Positions 9,776 through 18,763 of a DNA stretch of 64,000 bases are shown here, one piece after another. The translations under genes were made by a program, and so were the position numbers. The stretch's first letter is position 1, and each line of letters begins with the position of its first letter. The stretch lies in IMG/VR virus record IMGVR_UViG_3300011337_000669. The stretch is one strand, 5' to 3'. Origin of the DNA: a virus. Lineage: Duplodnaviria; Caudoviricetes. The notes beneath the pieces are model-generated. The model had not been told where the DNA came from and did not search any database. It was given only the letters and a program-made list of their open reading frames with translations.

Positions 9776-10609
9776 TCAAAACGGATGAAACTGTCCTCTT
9801 GGAACTGACTTTTTGAAATGTAATTTATATCCCAAATCTTCAATCATTTTTCTTCCCATTTCTATCCCGTTGAATACGTCCTCAATAATTACATATTCTT
9901 CAGGGCTGTGATAATCATAATAACCAATAGAAAAATTAATACAAGAAAAATCGAATTTACTTCTCAAAGCATAAACGTCTGTGTATGGGTGAACCATATA
10001 TTGCATTTGTTCTGTAATCATTCCTTCAGTCAAAACTTTATCAATTTTTTCGAAGAACTCGGTATCTCTGTCAAATAATATTTGACCAAAACATTTTTCA
10101 GTAATCATCCAATTTTCTGGAGCATCGAACTGAATACCATATCCAACATTTTCAAAAAATTTGGAATCGGCAGCTTTTGATCCGTGACATCCAGTTTCTT
10201 CTGAAGCAAAGAATGCTGCTTTTATATTTGGTAATTCTTTGAGTAAAGTTAAACAAGCAAACACACCACATTTATCGTCTCCTCCAATACCTGTTGGTCT
10301 CTCATTATCATTAAATGCTTTCAACGCTGGTTTTAATTCACCTTGAGCATTTTTCAACATCATTTCTTTGACATTGATTGTATCGATATGGTGAACTGTA
10401 TCAGTATGTGATATTACACAAGGAAAATAAAAATCTTCAGGAAGGCCAGTTGTTTCTTGTTTGGTCGCATAGATATTCAATTTGTCATCAACATAATGTT
10501 CTATGTTGTTTTCGGTTAACCAATTAACCAAAAATTCAACCATACGATGTTCTTGGTAAGTTTTTGTGGGTACGCTCAAAACTTCTTTGAGTAAAGTTAT
10601 ATCTTTCAT
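9776..10609 (-). CDS. Zn-dependent M20/M28-like peptidase
   Basis: SHTDTVH, GGDDKCG, SEETGC, HPYTD, YYDYHS metal-ligand motifs. Confidence 0.8.
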   Translation of the reverse strand: MKDITLLKEVLSVPTKTYQEHRMVEFLVNWLTENNIEHYVDDKLNIYATKQETTGLPEDFYFPCVISHTDTVHHIDTINVKEMMLKNAQGELKPALKAFNDNERPTGIGGDDKCGVFACLTLLKELPNIKAAFFASEETGCHGSKAADSKFFENVGYGIQFDAPENWMITEKCFGQILFDRDTEFFEKIDKVLTEGMITEQMQYMVHPYTDVYALRSKFDFSCINFSIGYYDYHSPEEYVIIEDVFNGIEMGRKMIEDLGYKLHFKKSVPRGQFHPF

Positions 10610-10629
10610 TCTACAAAGATATAAATAAA

Positions 10630-11673
10630 TTAGATTTCATCCAAACTGAATAAGGATGGTTGGTATAATAAATTGTAAAAATTTTGTTCACTCACTGTTA
10701 TAGTTTTTTGTTTTAATCCTTTCGACAATGTTACCACCACTTTCATCTCAGGAAACTTAAATCCTTCAATTTTGAACCTTGTTTCTTTTTTGGAATCTTT
10801 TGGTAAAAAGTAATATTCTTCTTGTCTGAACTTTTTCAAAATTCTCGAAGTCATATCAGTGAAATCTTTGATAGTGACTCCCTCTTCTTCTCCTTCTTCT
10901 TCAATAGTTTCCAAAATATCACTAAAAAACCTGTTTGCAGTTCTGTTGAAACTTGAAGAATCAAAGTCATCTGGGTCTTCATAAGTATAATAATCTTCTT
11001 GCCAACCACCTGGAGCCTCTCTTCTACCAAAAACTCTTTCTAATAATTCTTTTATATCTAAATGAATGGCGTTTTCATTAATATATAATGCCAGCAAGTC
11101 TGCCACCGTTATTCTGAATCCATTATGATATGCATCAATACCCAACTCAGCATAATACTCATCCATTTCTTTATTTATAACTTTCTCAAGAGATATCTTG
11201 AATGCATGATTTTTTTCGTCTACGTAATCTTCAACAACATATTTTATTTGTTTTCCAAAATTTTCCATCAATTTTCCGGATAACTCCTTTCTGTATTCAT
11301 CATCTTCGAAGTTGACTTTCATAGGGAGTATGGCTTTGGAAATTTCAGACAATAACTCCTTATTTTCTTCATCCAAAGTGTAGTAAAAACCATACCCCTC
11401 CATGAAATCTTCTATGGCAGAATAGTGATCCAAAAATTCATACTCAGAATAAGGTCCTGTCATCATTTGATAAAACCAAACATCATCATCCCGCATTCCC
11501 AAAGCTTCTAAAAAATCTTGTTGATTGTTAAATTCAATATCAATAACGCTCTGTCCTGGCATACTTCTGTCTTCTCTCATGTAAGAGAATAACTTATCGG
11601 AAGATAAAAGTTCATCTTTGGTTATTTTTCTTTTAGCATAATTTCTTAATGCTGTGAACGTTTCTATATTCAT
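10630..11673 (-). CDS. Hypothetical acidic protein
   Basis: ORF-track frame, probable start MNIETF at 11673. Confidence 0.55.
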   Translation of the reverse strand: MNIETFTALRNYAKRKITKDELLSSDKLFSYMREDRSMPGQSVIDIEFNNQQDFLEALGMRDDDVWFYQMMTGPYSEYEFLDHYSAIEDFMEGYGFYYTLDEENKELLSEISKAILPMKVNFEDDEYRKELSGKLMENFGKQIKYVVEDYVDEKNHAFKISLEKVINKEMDEYYAELGIDAYHNGFRITVADLLALYINENAIHLDIKELLERVFGRREAPGGWQEDYYTYEDPDDFDSSSFNRTANRFFSDILETIEEEGEEEGVTIKDFTDMTSRILKKFRQEEYYFLPKDSKKETRFKIEGFKFPEMKVVVTLSKGLKQKTITVSEQNFYNLLYQPSLFSLDEI

Positions 11674-11736
11674 ACCACAAATAAATATCAATTTAGTTGG
11701 ATTCGGAAATATTTATACTTACATTTGTACAACAAT

Positions 11737-12150
11737 GGGGTAGAAAGGTATAGATTGGCATTGTTGGAAATAAGTGGCACGTAGTCAGAATTCATCTATG
11801 ACTTAAATCTATGGTGAAGAAAGTAACCGGCAATACTCTTGCTAAGATGGCTGCTCTAGGTTTAACTAGAGAAGCGTCTGTTGTAACTGCTTAATTAGTA
11901 GATATAACGTCGGGTCGAATGGGCATATAACCTCGGAACAGAAGCCCTCCAAGGTGGATACCACCCGAAGCGTATCAAAAGGTCTCGTTCAGAGGGCTAC
12001 CTTATTACAAGTGAACTCGACACAGTTATTGGTGACAATGTCAAAATAGAAACCAAATATTTCGGAAGGTATGAAAAACCTTGACCTAAACGTGTAGGCA
12101 TTTATTGTCAAGATGAGCAAGACCGCAGTTCGAATCTGCGCTACTCCACC
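11737..12150 (+). ncRNA. ssrA: tmRNA
   Basis: Acceptor GGGGTAG/CTACTCC with G3:U wobble, discriminator A, T arm GCAG-TTCGAAT-CTGC, internal tag ORF 11829-11894 after TAACC resume context, upstream TACATTTG promoter. Confidence 0.93.
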
Positions 12151-12156
12151 TTCAAC

Positions 12157-12190
12157 AAAAAAGGGTTCGAAATTCGAACCCTTTTTTTTT
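12157..12190. terminator. Bidirectional intrinsic terminator between ssrA and the lipoprotein gene
   Basis: aaaaaagggttcgaaattcgaacccttttttttt perfect hairpin with A and T tracts. Similar hairpins near 6521, 9121, 17572, 19885, 20648, 22166, 35238, 50420, 53610, 53881, 56273, 57745, 60258. Confidence 0.85.
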
Positions 12191-13385
12191 AGTTTCCTTT
12201 AGACGGAAATCTTGTCCATCCATTTACCCATATAGGTTTATCTAATTCAGGTATTATCACATCAACTTCCTTATTACTTTTTGATAGCACCAATGTTTTA
12301 AGTTGTTCACTTGTTAGAATTGTAGTTGCTCTACTAATGAAATTCAGATTTGGATTGAATGTCCCGACCGAATTGTTTTCAAAGACAGATACACCATCTT
12401 TAACAAATTGAGTTGTTTCATTACTTTCCAAACTCAATCCACCTTTCATCCAACCCCAAACTACGCTATTCTTCATTGTGAATTGGGTCGATCTTCTGAA
12501 TCTCAAACCTAAATTGTGGTTTGCTAATGCTGTGGATACATTTGGTCCAACCAAAATCATATTGTAAAGTTTTGGGTGTGTGTAAGGTTGTGCTGAGGAT
12601 CCTGTTCCATCATTATCACATTCCACACCATTTCCAGCGTCACCACTATCCACAAATTGTGGGTCTCTTTTTGCAACTCCGTTTGTAATCATTCCTGTAT
12701 AACCAAAGTCAAAGTCGAAATCATCATCTGCGGTTGCGTATGCGTAAAGATTTTTACCATTTACAGTTCCACCAAAGAATTCAAATGCGTCGTCGTTAGC
12801 ATATATTGTTTGGATGTTTTCAAGAATTGTTCCGTTTCCTACACCTCCGAGAGTCAATGCGTTTATTTCAGAGTTTGGTAACGCTGCGATTCCTGCGTAT
12901 TCGATTCTAACGTATCTCATTACACCACTATTGTCAGAATCATTTGTTCCTCCATAAGGTCTTCCGATTCCACCTTCGATTGTAGGTTCAGAAGAACGGT
13001 TTGTATTCGCTCTACCTAAAATTACTATACCACCCCAATCACCAGGAGATCGTTGTCCCTCGGGTCTCCCTGACGTAAATACGATAGGTTTGGTTGGGGT
13101 TCCTTCAGCAATTATTTGAGAACCTCTTTCAATACATAACGCTCCTTTCTCAGCAACATCAGAAACTATGGTAGTTCCAGGTTGGATAATAAGTTTTGCT
13201 CCATCGGTCACATAAACATATCCTTTGAGAGTCCAAACTTTGTCAGAGGTCAAAGTTATTGTGGTATTGATGTTTCCTGTCAATGTAGTTGTTTGTGGAA
13301 CATTGATTGGTGCTTCGTCACCTCCAAGTTCTGTGTTACAACTGTAGAGTCCTAATGCGATTAGAATTGTTAATAGTTTTTTCAT
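12189..13385 (-). CDS. Bacteroidota-type surface lipoprotein (beta-helix-like), TonB-receptor associated
   Basis: Lipobox LGLYSC; repeated DNSG/DDAFEFFGG/DDDFDFD/GNGVECDN motifs typical of lipoproteins encoded beside TBDRs; overlaps the TBDR stop. Confidence 0.75.
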   Translation of the reverse strand: MKKLLTILIALGLYSCNTELGGDEAPINVPQTTTLTGNINTTITLTSDKVWTLKGYVYVTDGAKLIIQPGTTIVSDVAEKGALCIERGSQIIAEGTPTKPIVFTSGRPEGQRSPGDWGGIVILGRANTNRSSEPTIEGGIGRPYGGTNDSDNSGVMRYVRIEYAGIAALPNSEINALTLGGVGNGTILENIQTIYANDDAFEFFGGTVNGKNLYAYATADDDFDFDFGYTGMITNGVAKRDPQFVDSGDAGNGVECDNDGTGSSAQPYTHPKLYNMILVGPNVSTALANHNLGLRFRRSTQFTMKNSVVWGWMKGGLSLESNETTQFVKDGVSVFENNSVGTFNPNLNFISRATTILTSEQLKTLVLSKSNKEVDVIIPELDKPIWVNGWTRFPSKGN

Positions 13386-15868
13386 AAATTAAGGTTTAAG
13401 GATAATGAGATTATTGTTTCATTATTTGTGTTTATTAAATTACGGTTTGCTATTTTTTGATAGTTTATTGATGGTTGTGCGAAAATATCTGAGATTGCCA
13501 ACTTCAATTCTCCCTTTGGAAGTTTGTGTAAAAAAGTAATATCCAAAACATCTCTACTATTTTCGAATATGTCAGGATATCCCTGAAATCCGACAGCAGA
13601 AATCCTTTCTCCAATTCTATTGTAGGTTAGATTAAGTGTATTATTTTTCTTATTGATGTTTACACCTGAATTAACAACATAGTTTGATTGTCCTTGTAAT
13701 TGTCTTTTTACACCATTCACATCAACCTCAGAATTCATGACTGAAGCGTTTGTGTAAAAATCGAACCATCCATTTATTCTTTTTCTCACTTCCATTTCAA
13801 CACCATATACAATCGCAGATTCAGGATTTGCATAAGTTAAAAGTAAGTTGGATGGAACTGACCCATCGGCAACAACTTGTTCGATTGGGTTTACGAAATT
13901 TTTACCAAAGAATGAGAGAGAAATGTTTTCTGTGTTTGAAGGATATAACTCGTATTTCAAATCAACATTGTATATGTCGGTTTTTTTCAAGTTGGAGTTT
14001 CCTAATATTTGTGCGTTTCTAACAAAATCATAATATGCAAAGTTTGCGACTTCTCTGAACTCTGGTCTTGCCAAGGTCTTACTCAAAGAGAATCTATATT
14101 TTGTTTTCTCCAAGTTATATGAAAGGTTCAATGATGGAAGAATGTCCAAATATGTTCTATCAACATTTACCTTTTGACCACTGAAATCTGCGGTTTCAAC
14201 ATCAAACAAGTTGTATTCACCTCTTACACCTGTATTGATTTTCCATTTTCCAATTTCGTTCTCATACATCGTATAAAGATTACCCAAATCAAAGTCAGCG
14301 GTGTATCTATCTGTATTGTTGGTTATTTCATCCAATAAATCCGTTGTTTGATATCTGAAAACTCTTGCGTTAAACCCTCGAACCTTTTTCAAATAACCTC
14401 CACCAACTTCAAATTTACCCAAATCTTTTTTCAAGTTTCCGTTAAATGAATTCTCATCCATAACACTCCAAAATCTGTAAGTATCTCTCCATGCTGTCGC
14501 GAATGGTTCATTTACGCCCAATGATTTGGTGATTGGGTTAATTCTATAATCAGGTTGTTCTCTGAAGACGTAGTTATATCCGAAATTGAAATCAAAAGTT
14601 TCAATATTACCATCAACCTGTGAGTTGATTACCACGTTATTGATATGGTTTGACGCATTACTCAACACATCTTGAACATTGTCAAAGTTCTGACCTTCTC
14701 TTGTCAGGTATGAACTTTCTTTTTGGAAGTTTGCCAATGTTTTCCAACTATATTTGTTTTTACCCAAATAAGTTAAGTTCAATAATCCATTTGTGGAGAA
14801 TCTCTGTGTGTATAATCTATCGTTATAATCGTATGCCAGTTCTGTGGAAGATTGATAATCCTTTCTCTCAATGTTGTTGAGAGTATATGAGTTTCTTACT
14901 GTTGAACTGAATAATGAATTGAATTTGTTTTTCACATAACCAAATGAAACTCCGCCATTTAAGTTTGGTATGGATTGAAACCCATTTTCAGTTGGGGTTC
15001 CTATTTGTTTGGTGAATAGTCGTTTGTCTCCATTACCACTAATTCTGTATTTGTAAGTGGAAGGAAAGGTTGACGGAAATGGGATCGATTCCACCAGTTT
15101 GAAGCCTCGGAAAGTCGAGACAGACCCTATTCCCGTCCCGAAGCTTACGTCCAAAAAATTGTCGGACACCTCCTTTGTCGATACTTGAACCAATCCTCCA
15201 CTCCAATCACCAGGTTGGTTTGCCGAAAATGATTTGGAAACCATAATATTATCAATCAAAGAAGTTGGGATAATATCAAATGAGAATGCTCGTCTATCAG
15301 GTTCTGTGGAGGGTAAAGGTGTTTGATTCAATAATGCCGAATTATATCTATCGGCAAGTCCTCGAACCAAAACAAATTTGTCATTCTGAATTGTGACACC
15401 ACTTACTCGTTTCAATGCGTCACCCAAATTTCTATCGGGGGTCTTCTTTATGAATTCTATTGATAATCCATCGGATACCACAATATTATTTCGTATAGAT
15501 TTCATAACCGATATGTCTGTGACTTTTTGTGCGGTTCCTCGAACTAAAACTTCGTTTAACTCCGTATCGGTCGCCTCAAAAATAATATCCAAGTTAGTAA
15601 CGGTGGTTACAGTAATGGTCGTTACGAAATCTTTGTAACCAATATAAGTCCCTTTAACTTCGTAAGTTCCTTCGTTGAGAGAAACATTATACTTTGCGTT
15701 TTCATCAGAAATTGTTGTGAATTTATTACCACTAACATCTTGGAAAGTTACGTGAGCAAAATAAATGTCTTCTGTTTTTGATTTTGTTGTTCCATTGATG
15801 GTTATTTGTTTTTGTTGTGAAAACACCGTTAATGGAAATAAGAGCAAAAAAAATAGATTCTTAATCAT
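13382..15868 (-). CDS. TonB-dependent outer-membrane receptor
   Basis: Signal peptide MIKNLFFLLLFPLTVFSQ (start 15868), CarboxypepD_reg-like N-domain, ELNEVLV TonB-box region, plug DALKRVSGVT..FVLVRGLADRYN, barrel motifs TLARPEFRE and NLDLKYELY-like, alternating C-terminal strand. Confidence 0.9.
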   Translation of the reverse strand: MIKNLFFLLLFPLTVFSQQKQITINGTTKSKTEDIYFAHVTFQDVSGNKFTTISDENAKYNVSLNEGTYEVKGTYIGYKDFVTTITVTTVTNLDIIFEATDTELNEVLVRGTAQKVTDISVMKSIRNNIVVSDGLSIEFIKKTPDRNLGDALKRVSGVTIQNDKFVLVRGLADRYNSALLNQTPLPSTEPDRRAFSFDIIPTSLIDNIMVSKSFSANQPGDWSGGLVQVSTKEVSDNFLDVSFGTGIGSVSTFRGFKLVESIPFPSTFPSTYKYRISGNGDKRLFTKQIGTPTENGFQSIPNLNGGVSFGYVKNKFNSLFSSTVRNSYTLNNIERKDYQSSTELAYDYNDRLYTQRFSTNGLLNLTYLGKNKYSWKTLANFQKESSYLTREGQNFDNVQDVLSNASNHINNVVINSQVDGNIETFDFNFGYNYVFREQPDYRINPITKSLGVNEPFATAWRDTYRFWSVMDENSFNGNLKKDLGKFEVGGGYLKKVRGFNARVFRYQTTDLLDEITNNTDRYTADFDLGNLYTMYENEIGKWKINTGVRGEYNLFDVETADFSGQKVNVDRTYLDILPSLNLSYNLEKTKYRFSLSKTLARPEFREVANFAYYDFVRNAQILGNSNLKKTDIYNVDLKYELYPSNTENISLSFFGKNFVNPIEQVVADGSVPSNLLLTYANPESAIVYGVEMEVRKRINGWFDFYTNASVMNSEVDVNGVKRQLQGQSNYVVNSGVNINKKNNTLNLTYNRIGERISAVGFQGYPDIFENSRDVLDITFLHKLPKGELKLAISDIFAQPSINYQKIANRNLINTNNETIISLSLNLNL

Positions 15869-16026
15869 GTCTTGAATTTTATCAACAATAATTAGGAGGA
15901 ACCCTCTCTCAAACCTGAATTTCAACATTATCAAATGGCTATGTTCTTGTTAAGTGAAAAAACTTTTGATAATTTTTGAATTACGTAAAATATTAGTATT
16001 TTTGTATCACATAGACATCAACCGAT

Positions 16027-16455
16027 ATGCACGAAAGGTTAAAACGAATTATATTCAAAAAATTAGACCAAGATTTGGGTCATGCTGAAATCATTGTGTA
16101 TGATAATAAATCCATTTGGTTCATCGATCGTGCGAATGAGTTTTGGTATTTGGAACTAAGAAGTTCAGGGACTCTATGGTGGAGATACTCATTCTTCCGC
16201 GATTTTTTTCCGTTGTTTGGTTTGGAACAGCTAGAATATGAACCCGTTATAGCGGAATGGGTGGAAGAGGTACTCAAACGAGAGGTGTCTTCAATCTTCA
16301 AACGAGGATTTAATCGCTGCGACTTGGTGGAAGATGTCCTCAAACGCGGAATGTCTTCAACATACCTCTACCAGTATCAAAGGGTTTCTTCAACAGCTGC
16401 TGGTCGTACGAGTCTTTGTGTTCAGGTGGAAGAGGTTCTCAATAAAAAATTATAA
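16027..16455 (+). CDS. Repeat-array protein, copy 1
   Basis: ~75-aa N-domain nearly identical to copies 2 and 3, then VEEVLKRGVSST-type units separated by 10 unique residues. Confidence 0.8.
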   Translation: MHERLKRIIFKKLDQDLGHAEIIVYDNKSIWFIDRANEFWYLELRSSGTLWWRYSFFRDFFPLFGLEQLEYEPVIAEWVEEVLKREVSSIFKRGFNRCDLVEDVLKRGMSSTYLYQYQRVSSTAAGRTSLCVQVEEVLNKKL

Positions 16456-17460
16456 TATATATGCACGAAAGGTTAAAACAAATTATCTTCAAAAAGTTAG
16501 ACCAAGATTTGGGTCAGGCTGAAATCATTGTGGACGATAATAAATCCATTTGGTTCATCGATCGTGCGAATAAGTTTTGGTATTTGGAACTAAGAAGTTC
16601 AGGGACTCTATGGTGGAGATACTCATTCTTCCGTGATTTTTTTCCGTTGTTTGGCATGGAACGGCTAGAATATGAACCCGTTATAGCGGAATGGGTGGAA
16701 GAGGTACTCAAACGCGGGGTGTCTTCAACGGCCCCCTTCACGCATTCGAGGCACGATTTGGTGGAAGAGGTACTCAAACGCGGGGTGTCTTCAACTCGGA
16801 TGATTTTCGAATGCTGACGACGGGAGGTGGAAGAGGTACTCAAACGCGGGGTGTCTTCAACAGAAGCAACACGACTGGCTTACATGACCGAGGTGGAAGA
16901 GGTTCTCAATAAAAAATTATAATATATATGCACGAAAGATTAAAACGAATTATTTTCAAAAAGTTAGACCAAGATTTAGGTCATGCTGAAATCATTGTGG
17001 ACGATAATAAATCCATTTGGTTCATCGATCGTGCAAATAAGTATTGGTATTTGGAACTAAGAAGTTCAGGGACTCTATGGTGGAGATATTCATTTTTCAA
17101 CAATTTTTTTCCATTATTTGGTATGGAACGGAAAGAATATGAACCCGTTATTGCGGGATGGGTCGAAGAGGTCCTCAAACGCGGGGTATCTTCAACGAAA
17201 AGTGCAAACCATCGAGTGCTACTCCCGGTGGAAGAGGTACTCAAACGCGGAGTGTCTTCAACAGAGTTCAATGATGGAGTACAGTCGGTTGGGGTGGAAA
17301 AGGTTTTCAAACGCGAGGTGTCTTCAACTCTACAAAGCAAAATCGCCTACCAGAATCAGGTGGAAGAGGTTCTCAAACGCGGAGTGTCTTCAACTTTCGA
17401 ATCAAAAACATCCGCAATATCTTTAGTAGAAAAAGTACTTAACAATGAAAGTATCCCTAC
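16260..17460 (-). CRISPR. Three CRISPR-like mini-arrays (36-nt repeat, 30-nt spacers) embedded in coding sequence; no cas genes in window
   Basis: Minus-strand consensus GTTGAAGACACCCCGCGTTTGAGTACCTCTTCCACC; full repeats start at 16260, 16326, 16694, 16760, 16826, 17161, 17227, 17293, 17359; nine unrelated spacers of exactly 30 nt. Confidence 0.6.
16461..16922 (+). pseudogene. Repeat-array protein, copy 2, with an in-frame TGA inside a spacer
   Basis: ORF stops at 16815-16817, but the same frame continues through one more full repeat/spacer unit to the VEEVLNKKL* end shared with copy 1 (TAA 16920-16922). Confidence 0.75.
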
Positions 17461-17572
17461 AAATTCCAAAGAACTTTTACCATTCGAAGTAGAAAAAGTT
17501 CTGTCTCTCAAAGCTGGTGTCAGAGAATGTAAAATGAAAATAAAAAAAATTTTCAAAAAAATAATAAGTTAA
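16928..17572 (+). CDS. Repeat-array protein, copy 3
   Basis: Same N-domain, four intact repeat units plus two degenerate ones. Confidence 0.8.
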   Translation: MHERLKRIIFKKLDQDLGHAEIIVDDNKSIWFIDRANKYWYLELRSSGTLWWRYSFFNNFFPLFGMERKEYEPVIAGWVEEVLKRGVSSTKSANHRVLLPVEEVLKRGVSSTEFNDGVQSVGVEKVFKREVSSTLQSKIAYQNQVEEVLKRGVSSTFESKTSAISLVEKVLNNESIPTNSKELLPFEVEKVLSLKAGVRECKMKIKKIFKKIIS

Positions 17573-17613
17573 AATCCCTCGAATATTCGAGGGATTTTTT
17601 TTATCTTTAGAAA

Positions 17614-17961
17614 ATGGACATAACCAAAATACTTCTCGCCACCCTGTTTATGATTTTAGGTCAGATTGGGTCTTTTATGCAATTACAGGGTTCAATCAAA
17701 TATGGTTGGTCAGAGAAATACCTTTGGTTACTTCTCCTATCAGGTATCCCAATTAGTTGGTTGTATATTAAATCCGTAAATCTCTACGTACAAGGATTTG
17801 GTGGTCAAATTTGGCCTAGCAGATTGGTTGGGTTCGCATTGGGTGTTGTAATATTCACAATATTGTCTTCAGTTCTTTTTCAAGAACACCTGAACCTCAA
17901 AACGGTCATAAGTTTAATTCTTGCATTCACTATTGTTGGAATACAAATATTTTGGAAATGA
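17614..17961 (+). CDS. Small four-helix membrane protein (DMT/SMR-like)
   Basis: Four hydrophobic segments, C-terminal FQEHLNLKTVISLILA resembles DMT family. Confidence 0.5.
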   Translation: MDITKILLATLFMILGQIGSFMQLQGSIKYGWSEKYLWLLLLSGIPISWLYIKSVNLYVQGFGGQIWPSRLVGFALGVVIFTILSSVLFQEHLNLKTVISLILAFTIVGIQIFWK

Positions 17962-18017
17962 AATAGATTTATTTCATTACGAAAGTAATATTTTTAGACC
18001 TACACATATTTATATAT

Positions 18018-18758
18018 ATGGAAACCAAAATATGTAAAACTAAAATAAAAAACGCAACTGCATGTGGATTAGAAAAACCTAAAGAAGAATTTTATAAAGG
18101 TTCCTCGTTGTGTAAATTATGTCATAAACAACTTTATCAGTTAAATAAAGAATACAAATTAAAACTTTCGAGTAAAAATTATAAAAAAAATAAGGATTAT
18201 TATAAAAAAAAAGGAGAAGAATATAGAGAATTAAATAAAAATTACTTTGTTGAGTATAGAAAAAATAATAAAGAATCAATAAATAAAAAAGTAAGAGAAT
18301 ATTATATAAATAACATCGATAAAGTACAAGAAAAAAATAAGAAGTGGAGAGAGAGTAATCCCGAAAAACATAGAGAATACAATAGAATTTCCGCAAAAAA
18401 AAGTAGAAAATGTGAACCCCAAAAACATAGATGGAGAGGAATTTTGAAAGAGACCTTGAAGAAATTAAACAAAGATAAATCAGAAAAAACAATTTCGTTA
18501 TTAGGTTACTCCCCTGAAGAACTACACTTATATTTGAAAACTATGTCTTTGAATTGGTATGAGTATGAAATTGACCATAGGATACCACTAAGTTGGTTTA
18601 TAGATGAAACCCCTGTTAATTTGGTAAATGATTTCAGAAATCTACAACTTTTAGATAAAAGTACAAATAGTAGTAAGCGAAATTTTTACATGAACAACGT
18701 CGATGAAAAGTACTTTGATGAAATAAAACAATATATTAAAAAAGAATACTTAAAATAA
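18018..18758 (+). CDS. HNH-type homing endonuclease
   Basis: N-terminal Cys cluster, K/N-rich helix, YEIDHRIPLSWF...NDFRNLQLL..STNSSK. Confidence 0.75.
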   Translation: METKICKTKIKNATACGLEKPKEEFYKGSSLCKLCHKQLYQLNKEYKLKLSSKNYKKNKDYYKKKGEEYRELNKNYFVEYRKNNKESINKKVREYYINNIDKVQEKNKKWRESNPEKHREYNRISAKKSRKCEPQKHRWRGILKETLKKLNKDKSEKTISLLGYSPEELHLYLKTMSLNWYEYEIDHRIPLSWFIDETPVNLVNDFRNLQLLDKSTNSSKRNFYMNNVDEKYFDEIKQYIKKEYLK

Positions 18759-18763
18759 TACAA

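Noticed and set aside
12189-15868. Interpreting the window as bacterial chromosome because of TBDR, clpC, thyA and rfbC
   Set aside because: Terminase, dense small hypothetical ORFs, homing endonucleases, lysins and a uniform phage-type promoter motif on both sides indicate a phage genome.
16260-17460. Diversity-generating retroelement as the source of the variable spacers
   Set aside because: DGR variants share all non-adenine template positions; the nine spacers show no positional conservation, and no reverse transcriptase or template repeat is in the window. Not excluded genome-wide.
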